Source: Candidatus Yanofskybacteria bacterium
GTDB taxonomy: Bacteria > Patescibacteriota > Minisyncoccia > 2-02-FULL-40-12 > GWA2-44-9
Length of the DNA stretch: 64,000 nucleotides
Assembly: GCA_003514055.1 (NCBI GenBank)
Contig: DOSG01000001.1
Location: forward strand, 24,571 to 88,570
Direction: 5' to 3'
Under the pieces are notes generated by a model. It was not told the DNA's origin. It saw nothing but the letters and a program-made list of their open reading frames with translations, and did not search any database. Position 1 is the first letter of the stretch. Each line of letters begins with the position of its first letter. The translations under genes were made by a program, and so were the position numbers. Positions 56,326 to 64,000 of this stretch are shown piece after piece.

Positions 56326-58125
56326 ATGTCTGTCGCAGAGAAAACCAGAGAAGGAAATCCTCTTCTGTATCTGTTTGGCCAAACCTGGCGCTATTCAGAG
56401 GGCAATCGACACAAAGTTGTTTGGTATTGGATCATGTTCGTAGTGGCCAATTCAATAGAACTTTTTTGTCAGCCGCTAGTAATGGCCAAAATTATAGATA
56501 CGATTCAGAAGCAAGGTATTACAACGGCCAACATTAATTTTCTGTTTGGACTTCTGATGCTGACGCTTGTAGCCGAGCTGGCTTTTTGGGCCATACATGG
56601 TCCAGCCAGATGTATCGAGCGTTACAATGCATTCTTGGTGCGCTTAAATTATCGGAAATTTCTATTGAAAGGCGTAATGACCTTACCTATGGAGTGGCAT
56701 GCCGATCACCACTCTGGTGATACTATTGATAAGATTGAGAAGGGGACAAATTCACTATTCTCATTTTCTGAAGATTCTTTCCAGGTCATCTATTCAATCG
56801 TCCAGTTGGTTGTGAGTTATTCGATATTGGCTTATTTTAGTAGGCCGGCCGCATTCATCGTTCTAGGCATGATCATAATCTCTGTATGGATAACAATGCG
56901 ATTCGATAAAGTTCTTATAGGTCAATACAAAGAACTTAATCGTAGTGAAAATAATATCTCTGAAAGCGTATTCGATGCCATTAGCAACATCACGACGGTA
57001 ATCATATTGCGCGTGGAGAAATTGGTTTTTGGTGCGATTATGCGTAAAGTCGAGAAGCCATTTGAGCTTTTCAAGCGCAACCAACGACTAAGCGAGATTA
57101 AGTGGTTCATGACAAGTTTGACTTGCACGGTAATGGTTATAATCGTGATGGGGGTCTATTTCTGGCAGAATATCGGCGCAACTCAGGGTATCGCCATTGG
57201 TAGCGTGTATCTATTAATGAATTATTTGAATAAGATCAGCGAGCTGTTCTTCAGATTCACGAGTATGTATAGCGATATCCTCAAGCGAAAATCCAGGGTT
57301 ATGAATTCCGAGGAGCTAACTAAGGATTTTAAGACCGAGAATTTCGCTAACCACGTGTTGCCTAATATGTGGCGGCGTCTTGATGTAAGTAACTTAAACT
57401 TCTCATATCATGGTAGCGGGAATGGTGATAGGCATCTTGAGGATATATCAATGTCACTAGCTCGCGGCGAGCGTATCGCTCTGGTTGGCGAGAGTGGTAG
57501 CGGCAAGACCACGATTCTGAAAATCATGCGTGACCTGTATCGTCCCCAAGATATGAAGCTTACGGTGGATGGTAAAAATATTCCTGATGGCTTTGGAGGA
57601 GTTAGTCGAGCGATCGCCCTCATTCCACAGAATCCAGAGATATTCGCTACGACGATTCTGGAGAACATTACATTGGGTGCTGATTATGATCCGGAATTTG
57701 TGCGGCGCTTTACCGATATGGCATGTTTCACTGATGTGGCAGAAAGTCTGCCTAACAAGTTTGATTCTTCGATTAAAGAGAAGGGGGTCAATCTCAGTGG
57801 CGGCCAACAGCAACGCTTAGCTCTTGCTCGCGGATTGTTGGCTTGTCACGATAAAGACATAGTTCTGCTGGATGAGCCGACTAGCAGTCTAGATACTGGC
57901 ACAGAGATGAAAGTCTACGGAAACATATTCAGAGAATTCTACGACAAAACGATCGTGTCATCTATCCATCGATTACATCTTTTGCCATTGTTTAACCGGA
58001 TTTATTTCTTTAGCAATGGACAGATCATCGCCTCAGGTAGTCTGAGCGAATTGCTGAACCAGTGTCTTGAATTCCAGGAACTGTGGCGACAATACAATGA
58101 GCATAAAGAGGAAGCGACGAGTTAA
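56326..58125 (+). CDS. ABC exporter, fused permease + ATPase
   Basis: six-TM N-half; GESGSGKTT, LSGGQQQRLALAR, LLDEPTS; GGAGG RBS before ATG 56326. Confidence 0.85.
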   Translation: MSVAEKTREGNPLLYLFGQTWRYSEGNRHKVVWYWIMFVVANSIELFCQPLVMAKIIDTIQKQGITTANINFLFGLLMLTLVAELAFWAIHGPARCIERYNAFLVRLNYRKFLLKGVMTLPMEWHADHHSGDTIDKIEKGTNSLFSFSEDSFQVIYSIVQLVVSYSILAYFSRPAAFIVLGMIIISVWITMRFDKVLIGQYKELNRSENNISESVFDAISNITTVIILRVEKLVFGAIMRKVEKPFELFKRNQRLSEIKWFMTSLTCTVMVIIVMGVYFWQNIGATQGIAIGSVYLLMNYLNKISELFFRFTSMYSDILKRKSRVMNSEELTKDFKTENFANHVLPNMWRRLDVSNLNFSYHGSGNGDRHLEDISMSLARGERIALVGESGSGKTTILKIMRDLYRPQDMKLTVDGKNIPDGFGGVSRAIALIPQNPEIFATTILENITLGADYDPEFVRRFTDMACFTDVAESLPNKFDSSIKEKGVNLSGGQQQRLALARGLLACHDKDIVLLDEPTSSLDTGTEMKVYGNIFREFYDKTIVSSIHRLHLLPLFNRIYFFSNGQIIASGSLSELLNQCLEFQELWRQYNEHKEEATS

Positions 58126-58140
58126 ATTGGTCGTTAAGCA

Positions 58141-58172
58141 AAAAGAGCCTGACCAGCTCTTTTTTTGTTGGT
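58141..58172 (+). terminator. terminator, repeat family C
   Basis: AAAAGAGC-ctgacca-GCTCTTTTTTTGTTGG. Confidence 0.6.
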
Positions 58173-58294
58173 CAGGGCGTACTTGCTTTGTTGATAATCG
58201 GCTTGATGGTCGATGCAGGGGTGTTAATATGAGGTAGTCACCTAATCAAGGTAATTACTCGTCTTTCCTAACGGAAAGCGGGTTTAAATAAAAA

Positions 58295-59158
58295 ATGGCG
58301 AAAAATATAAAAATCAGTCTCGGGATATTAGTCTTAGCGCTCGCGATCGTCGTAGTTGGCGTAGACACAGCAAGTGCGTATGGCGTGGATATTAATGTTA
58401 ACGGCAACTCAGTAAATGTCGACAGAACAACCGGCAATGTTAATGTAAATAGCGCCGGTACTAATGCGAATGTTAATGTTAATAGTGTTCCTGGCGGAGG
58501 CGTGAATGTAAATGCTGGTAATTCTAATGCGAACGTAAACGTCAATGCTGTTCCGGGGTCGGTTAGGATTGATGCTAATGGTCGGGGAGTTACAGTACAA
58601 AACCAGGCCAGTGGTGTGAATGTCGTTGTTCCAGGCACGTCTATAAATGTTAGGAAGGCGGATGGTAATTTGAACGTCCTGGTCAACAAAAATAGTCTTA
58701 GCGAAAAAGATAAGGGCGTGCTGGTTAATCTCCAGAATGGCTCGGAGATTCTTATAAATAGTGACCAGGATGTCGATGCCTATGCAAAGATAGTTGTCGA
58801 AGAAAGGCCGGCGATCACTAACGTAGAAGTCAGCAATAACAGATTAGAAGTTTCATATAGGCAGCCTAGCAGGTTTTTAGGAATTTTTAGTACAGAGTTG
58901 GATGGTACGGTTTACGTTGACGTTGGTAAAAACGTAACTATTAAATTACCGTGGTACAGTTTCTTATTTAGAAAAAATTCTAGCGCTACGGCCAAGCAAG
59001 TTTCTATCGCAATTAACGACGCTAGTAGTAATGGCACGGTTCAGGTCTCTGCCCTGGGATCAGCCGAAGTCAGTAACCAGTCTCGCGAACAAGCCAGATT
59101 AATAAACATAGTTACCGGTTCCGTAAATAACAGTGTTTCCATAAGTGTTTCGCAGTAG
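58295..59158 (+). CDS. secreted/anchored protein with Asn/Val-rich VNVN repeats
   Basis: signal peptide/TM, then NVNVNS(A/V) low-complexity repeats. Confidence 0.55.
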   Translation: MAKNIKISLGILVLALAIVVVGVDTASAYGVDINVNGNSVNVDRTTGNVNVNSAGTNANVNVNSVPGGGVNVNAGNSNANVNVNAVPGSVRIDANGRGVTVQNQASGVNVVVPGTSINVRKADGNLNVLVNKNSLSEKDKGVLVNLQNGSEILINSDQDVDAYAKIVVEERPAITNVEVSNNRLEVSYRQPSRFLGIFSTELDGTVYVDVGKNVTIKLPWYSFLFRKNSSATAKQVSIAINDASSNGTVQVSALGSAEVSNQSREQARLINIVTGSVNNSVSISVSQ

Positions 59159-59226
59159 GGGCGGGTAGAGGTTATTGGCCGCGGCCGACGCTTGTCGGCC
59201 GCGGTGTTTTTAATTAAGATTAGAGT

Positions 59227-60618
59227 ATGCCAGACATATTTCTATACGATACCTATTCCAGGGAAAAGAAAGAGTTCAAATCACTTGAGCCAATGAAGGT
59301 GGCTATGTATTCTTGTGGGCCAACTGTCTACGATTACCCCCATATCGGCAACCTAAGGGCTTATGTCTTTTCGGATCTACTAAGGCGGACCCTCAAATAT
59401 AATGGATTTGAAGTCAATCAAGTTATGAATATTACCGACGTGGGGCATCTTACGTCTGATGGAGACGATGGAGAAGATAAAATTGAACAACAGGCTGAAA
59501 AAACCGGTAAGACTGCCCAAGAGATTTCTCAATTTTTCACCAATGTTTTTATTCGTGATTTGGCAATGCTTAATATCGTATCGCCAGCTACTTTGGTTAA
59601 GGCCACTTCGACTATCGACGATCAAATTAAGCTAATAGAAAAGCTTGAGATTCTCGGCTATACCTATAAGACCAGCGATGGCATTTATTACGATACTTCG
59701 AAATTCAAAGACTATGGGCATATGGCCAATCTAAACAAGGATGCCATCAAGCCCGGTGCTAGAGTTGAGCTGAATCAAGAGAAGAGAAATCAGACCGACT
59801 TCGCTCTCTGGAAATTTTCTCCTCAAAACATTAAGAGACAGATGGAGTGGGAGAGTCCATGGGGAGTCGGTTTTCCCGGTTGGCATATCGAGTGTTCGGC
59901 CATGGCCATGAAATTCTTGGGAGATACTATTGATATTCATACTGGCGGTATCGATCACATCAATATCCATCATACTAACGAGATTGCTCAGTCTGAAGCG
60001 GCTACGGGTAAGCAGTTCGTCAGATATTGGATGCACAACGCCTTTCTGTTGGTTGAGGGTAAGAAAATGTCTAAAAGCTTGGGCACTGTTTTTACACTAG
60101 AAGATTTATTTGGCAGAGGATACGACCCACTTGTTTTTAGATATCTAATGCTTACGGCTCATTATCGTTCTGAGATGAATTTTACCTGGGAATCGCTATC
60201 TAGCGCTAAGATTGCGCTTGATGGGCTACGTAAAATCATAGCTGGCCTCGATGATGGTGGTATTTCTGATGAAGGCTATGTAGCTAAATTTAGAGAGATC
60301 GTGAATAATGATGTCGATGCTCCTAGGGGGTTAGCTCTAGCTTGGGAAGTAGCTAAAAGCGATCTATCGTCGGCTACAAAGAAGGCTACGCTGTTAGATT
60401 TTGATAAGGTGCTAGGCCTGAAGTTGTCCGAGGTTTCGGTCGTCGACGATACACCGGAGGTTATTCCAGATGAAGTTGTTAGGCTGGCCGAAGAGAGGGA
60501 AGAGATGAGAAAGTCCAAAAATTGGTCTGCCGCTGATGCCGCTAGACAGAAGATCTTGGATTTAGGGTATACTGTAGATGACGCTCCTGACGGTTATAAA
60601 ATAAAAAAACAGGTATAA
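59227..60618 (+). CDS. cysS: cysteinyl-tRNA synthetase
   Basis: CGPTVYDYPHIGN (HIGH), KMSKSLG (KMSKS), Zn ligands. Confidence 0.95.
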   Translation: MPDIFLYDTYSREKKEFKSLEPMKVAMYSCGPTVYDYPHIGNLRAYVFSDLLRRTLKYNGFEVNQVMNITDVGHLTSDGDDGEDKIEQQAEKTGKTAQEISQFFTNVFIRDLAMLNIVSPATLVKATSTIDDQIKLIEKLEILGYTYKTSDGIYYDTSKFKDYGHMANLNKDAIKPGARVELNQEKRNQTDFALWKFSPQNIKRQMEWESPWGVGFPGWHIECSAMAMKFLGDTIDIHTGGIDHINIHHTNEIAQSEAATGKQFVRYWMHNAFLLVEGKKMSKSLGTVFTLEDLFGRGYDPLVFRYLMLTAHYRSEMNFTWESLSSAKIALDGLRKIIAGLDDGGISDEGYVAKFREIVNNDVDAPRGLALAWEVAKSDLSSATKKATLLDFDKVLGLKLSEVSVVDDTPEVIPDEVVRLAEEREEMRKSKNWSAADAARQKILDLGYTVDDAPDGYKIKKQV

Positions 60619-60758
60619 AATTAAAAAACGAGCCGTAGATACAAGTTTTGAGAGGCTCTCGGAGCGCGACTGGCGCGAGAGAGCGAGAGAGAGGGTGATT
60701 TTCAGTAGAAAATACAGCCCGTACTCGAAAAACCTGTGTCTAAAGCTCGGCAAACATT

Positions 60759-61160
60759 ATGAACAAAGGATTTGTATCAAATATCGAGAAGGACACACTG
60801 GAGAATGACAATTTTAGAAAGGTTCTCTATACGGGCAAGTTTAGTCAATTGGTGGTCATGTCGCTAAAGCCGGGTGAGGATATAGGAATGGAAATACACG
60901 ATACCGTCGATCAATTTTTCAGAATTGATAGCGGCAAAGGTAAGGTCGTGATTGAAGGAGTCGAGCATGAAGTTGAGGATGGTTTTGCCATTATCATTCC
61001 CGCAAGCACGAATCATAACGTGATTAATACTTCCACTGATCAGGACATGAAGTTGTATACCATATATTCTCCGGCTAACCACAAAGACGGCACTATTCAT
61101 GTTACCAAGGCTGAAGCCGAAGCTAACGAGGAGCATTTCGATGGAGTAACCACAGAGTAA
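60759..61160 (+). CDS. cupin-domain protein
   Basis: 133 aa, G(X)5HXH-like GMEIHDTVDQ...IIPASTNHNVIN. Confidence 0.55.
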   Translation: MNKGFVSNIEKDTLENDNFRKVLYTGKFSQLVVMSLKPGEDIGMEIHDTVDQFFRIDSGKGKVVIEGVEHEVEDGFAIIIPASTNHNVINTSTDQDMKLYTIYSPANHKDGTIHVTKAEAEANEEHFDGVTTE

Positions 61161-61170
61161 ATTGATTTAA

Positions 61171-61205
61171 AACAGAGCCGTCGCTAGCGACGGCTCTGTT
61201 TTTTG
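61171..61205 (+). terminator. rho-independent terminator
   Basis: AACAGAGCCGTCGC-ta-GCGACGGCTCTGTT + TTTT. Confidence 0.65.
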
Positions 61206-61268
61206 TAAGAAAAGAGCCCGACCGGGGGATGAAGGGCTCTTCCCTTATCCCGCGGTCGGGCTAGACGA

Positions 61269-61877
61269 CTAGTCGCGATCGCTGTTCAGGAGTCGCGCGA
61301 TTTGCCCCAGCGGATCCTCCGCGGCGGTCTGCTCCTTAGCGCGGGCCATCTCGCTGGCGATGACGGCCTCTGTCGCTTTAGACAGCGCCACTCTCACCGC
61401 TGACTTGATCTCGTCAGTCATCTCGATGCCGACGGCCTCTGCGTTCTGTCGCACATTGATGACGACTTTCGTCGCCCTGGCGCCTCCCGCTACGGGGATG
61501 GCGAACAGGAATGCCACAGCTTCAGCCGCCGCCGCGTGGGCGTCAGCGTTCTGGTACTGGCCCTTCCAGTAGTCGGCGCTCCCTCGCAGTCGCTTGGCTT
61601 CTTCCGCGATGTTCGTGACATCGCTTCGGAGGTTCTCGATCCAGGTGTTCCGGATGCGGATCACCTCGTTGCATTCGGCGAGGAGATTGTCCCTGGCGCG
61701 AATGGTCTCCGTCAGCTCGCCGATCTTCATCGTCAGGTTGGCGTTCAGGCGATATGCCGCCTGAGTTTCGGCCTGTGCGGCCTGGTGTCGGCGTTCGGCC
61801 GCTTGTCCCTCGGCCATCGCTGCTACCAGCTTGGCTTCGAGTACGGCCTTTGTCTCTCGTTTTGCCATGATGCACAC
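61269..61877 (-). CDS. GC-rich Ala/Glu-rich coiled-coil protein, hypothetical
   Basis: 202-aa ORF in ~60% GC segment; hairpin AGCCCGACCG...CGGTCGGGCT 3' of stop. Confidence 0.4.
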   Translation of the reverse strand: MCIMAKRETKAVLEAKLVAAMAEGQAAERRHQAAQAETQAAYRLNANLTMKIGELTETIRARDNLLAECNEVIRIRNTWIENLRSDVTNIAEEAKRLRGSADYWKGQYQNADAHAAAAEAVAFLFAIPVAGGARATKVVINVRQNAEAVGIEMTDEIKSAVRVALSKATEAVIASEMARAKEQTAAEDPLGQIARLLNSDRD

Positions 61878-62023
61878 TCCCGTCCTGTCGTTTACGAGTC
61901 GGGCTACCCGTCTGAGTGCCCGATAGTGAAAAGAACCGACTGACTATTACATAATTATAGCACATTGTACGCCATTTAGTCAATAGTGATACTTGGTCCG
62001 GCGACTGGATTTTTTGGAGGGAG

Positions 62024-62057
62024 ATGGCGGTCTTTTTGGCTTCAAAGACCGCCATCA
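62024..62057. repeat. palindromic repeat family B (fifth copy)
   Basis: GATGGCGGTCTTTTT-ggcttc-AAAGACCGCCATC. Confidence 0.65.
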
Positions 62058-62105
62058 AATTCATGCAATCTTTGTTATTCGTATCTTGTGTGATAAATTA
62101 ATCGT

Positions 62106-62798
62106 ATGAGATTATATAGATTTTTCGTAAAATTCAAGATTAATGGCGACGCGGTTTTCGTCGAAGATGCTAATTTCGTCAATCAAGTGCGCAATGTTCT
62201 ACGTATGGAGCTGGGAGATAGCATTTTGCTATGTGACGATGGTATCGATATTCTTTCGGAACTTGAATCATTTGATGGTAACAAGGTTATACTTAAAAAA
62301 ATCAAAGAATCTAAGAATGATAGCGAGCCGGAGAAAAAGATAACTCTGTACTGCTCCATTCTTAAGCATGACAATTTCGAGGTGGTTGCCCAGAAGGCCG
62401 TAGAAGTCGGCGCTACCAATATTGTGCCCATAGTTAGCGCTAGGACGGTCAAAACCAATGTCCGTCTGGATAGGCTAGAGAAGATAGTCAAGGAAGCGGC
62501 GGAGCAATCTGGTCGCGCTATAATTCCCACAGTCTGCGGGGTAATGACTTTTGAAGAAGCTCTGACATCGGCAAAATCGAATGACGCTAACATAATTTTC
62601 GATGTATCTAGTCACGATCTTCCCGATAAATCTGATTACGGTATCAATCTAGGTATATTCATAGGTCCAGAAGGAGGATGGACAGAGGAAGAAGTTGAAC
62701 GGGCCAGAATTAATGGCTTTAAAGTATTTTCTCTTGGAAAGCTTGTCCTGCGAGCCGAAACGGCTGCTATTATTGCAACGTATATATTCGCCAAATAA
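62106..62798 (+). CDS. rsmE: 16S rRNA (m3U1498) methyltransferase RsmE
   Basis: SPOUT C-terminal GPEGGWTEEEV...LGKLVLRAETAA. Confidence 0.8.
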   Translation: MRLYRFFVKFKINGDAVFVEDANFVNQVRNVLRMELGDSILLCDDGIDILSELESFDGNKVILKKIKESKNDSEPEKKITLYCSILKHDNFEVVAQKAVEVGATNIVPIVSARTVKTNVRLDRLEKIVKEAAEQSGRAIIPTVCGVMTFEEALTSAKSNDANIIFDVSSHDLPDKSDYGINLGIFIGPEGGWTEEEVERARINGFKVFSLGKLVLRAETAAIIATYIFAK

Positions 62799-62851
62799 CC
62801 AAAACATCTATATTCCGTGGATGTTCTTGATTATTGGTATATAATTAATTT

Positions 62852-64000
62852 ATGGTAACAAAAGAGCTCACCTCTTATATTTTAGAGGCCAAAAGGTCGG
62901 GTTTATCCGAGAAACAAATTAGAATCGGATTAAAAAGCGTGGGTTGGTTGGATCAAGATATTGAAGAAGCTTTAATTCATCCGGATTCCGTTCGAGTCCA
63001 ATCACAAGAACGACTTACGTCTCAGATCGATAAGGCCAATAATAATAACGCAGGGCGTCGATTAATATTCTTAAAAAAAATATTAAATGAAAAACTCGCC
63101 GCCGTATTAGGAGTAATTTTGGTTATCAGCGGTATTAGTTTTTGGTATTTTAATTATTACGAAACCTCGCTTGTAAGGGCAGATTTTAAATTGTCAGCCA
63201 ATATATCCGATGCGACTGGGATTAGACCAGATGCAACCTTTATTCTAGAGAGCACGGAGGATCTCTCGGCTAAATCTATAAAGAAATATCTGGTGACATC
63301 TTCGAATATCGAAGTGGATGTAGATAAAATAGGGGTTGGCAAGTACGAGATTAAGCCCACGGCAGAGTTAGCTACGAATAAGATATTTACGATTAGCATT
63401 GATAAGGGTCCCGTGGCTTTAAAGTCTTATAGCTGGGCTTATCAGGTTAAGGCTCCATTTTCTGTTGTCGGCACTATTCCAAGAGATAAGTCGACCAGGA
63501 ATCCAGTTAAAACTGGTATCGAAGTGAAATTCAATAGAGAGAAGATTAAGGATCCTAACCAGAACTTCGATATTTTCCCCAAAGTGGAAGGGAAATTTGA
63601 ATTTAATAAGGATAAGTTAGTATTTGCTCCTGCCAAGGATTTGGCTTATTCGACAGTTTATACCGTTACAATAAAGAAGGGCTTGTCTGTCGAGGGTAGT
63701 GACGACGCTTTGTTAGTTGATAAGATCTTCAGCTTTGAGACCGAGGCTAAGTCTGATGTTTCTAATAATTATGGAGACCGTTATGGCTATCTTGGTTTCG
63801 GTAAAACGTTCTGGGAGTTTCGGCCCGATACTGAGCCAACATTCACGACTTATAATAGTAGTCAGTCGGAGAGCAATAAGTTTGATGTGAAAATATATAG
63901 ATTCACTTCGGCCAAGGAATACATGGATGCATACTCTGGATCGATAAGGCCAGACAGAATGTGGTCTGAGCACAATCGTTATTATCCGTACAAACCTAAG
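62852..64000 (+). CDS. large membrane-anchored surface protein, N-terminal part (runs off window; absent from ORF track as no stop in window)
   Basis: ATG 62852, TM helix, then beta-rich Ig/MG-like repeats; open to window end. Confidence 0.45.
   Translation, partial: MVTKELTSYILEAKRSGLSEKQIRIGLKSVGWLDQDIEEALIHPDSVRVQSQERLTSQIDKANNNNAGRRLIFLKKILNEKLAAVLGVILVISGISFWYFNYYETSLVRADFKLSANISDATGIRPDATFILESTEDLSAKSIKKYLVTSSNIEVDVDKIGVGKYEIKPTAELATNKIFTISIDKGPVALKSYSWAYQVKAPFSVVGTIPRDKSTRNPVKTGIEVKFNREKIKDPNQNFDIFPKVEGKFEFNKDKLVFAPAKDLAYSTVYTVTIKKGLSVEGSDDALLVDKIFSFETEAKSDVSNNYGDRYGYLGFGKTFWEFRPDTEPTFTTYNSSQSESNKFDVKIYRFTSAKEYMDAYSGSIRPDRMWSEHNRYYPYKPK

Noticed and set aside
58380-58700. Short tandem DNA repeats (aatgttaatgt…) that could be mistaken for a CRISPR or satellite array
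   Set aside because: They are in-frame and encode the NVNVNS low-complexity region of a secreted protein. No spacer/repeat architecture and no cas genes.`

Overview
Low-GC (~40%) bacterial chromosome segment with compact, mostly co-directional genes and many small hypothetical proteins. The style is consistent with a reduced-genome bacterium, possibly Patescibacteria/CPR (inference only). Housekeeping genes present: ftsE/ftsX, a NadE-NadD fusion, purA, mltG, cysS, rsmE, an ABC-F ATPase, M16 peptidase, ABC1/UbiB kinase and an SDR. The accessory content is more interesting. (1) Directly 3' of a tRNA-Gln(CUG) there is a four-gene minus-strand operon of two paralogous vWA(MIDAS) proteins, a hypothetical protein and a classic AAA+ unfoldase. 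I could not place it in any described system. (2) About 20.4-36.5 kb looks like a mobile/defence island. It carries a large serine recombinase next to a structured noncoding element, a GC-rich foreign TIM-barrel gene, a TerS-like HTH protein, a frameshifted ParB-nuclease/DNA-methyltransferase, a VRR-NUC nuclease, a complete Type III R-M (mod-res), an XRE/ImmA pair, a ubiquitin-like conjugation module (small beta-grasp protein, E1 with an N-terminal E2-like extension, small Cys-rich protein), GNAT and 2H-phosphoesterase genes, and it ends near a degenerate tRNA 3'-end-like fragment. (3) 37.5-40.8 kb is a cassette-like array. Two GC-rich tandem paralogs of a small Cys-containing protein each carry an identical terminator palindrome, and PRTase, GrpB and nucleotidyltransferase genes are each separated by members of a second palindromic repeat family. 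(4) Smaller items: two more GC-rich (~58-60%) segments, a duplicated 108-aa protein family, a CYTH gene with an in-frame amber codon, an HATPase/GATase/two-GCS2-ligase cluster, and two homologous noncoding elements. No rRNA or CRISPR array was seen. All homology calls come from reading motifs by eye; no searches were run.
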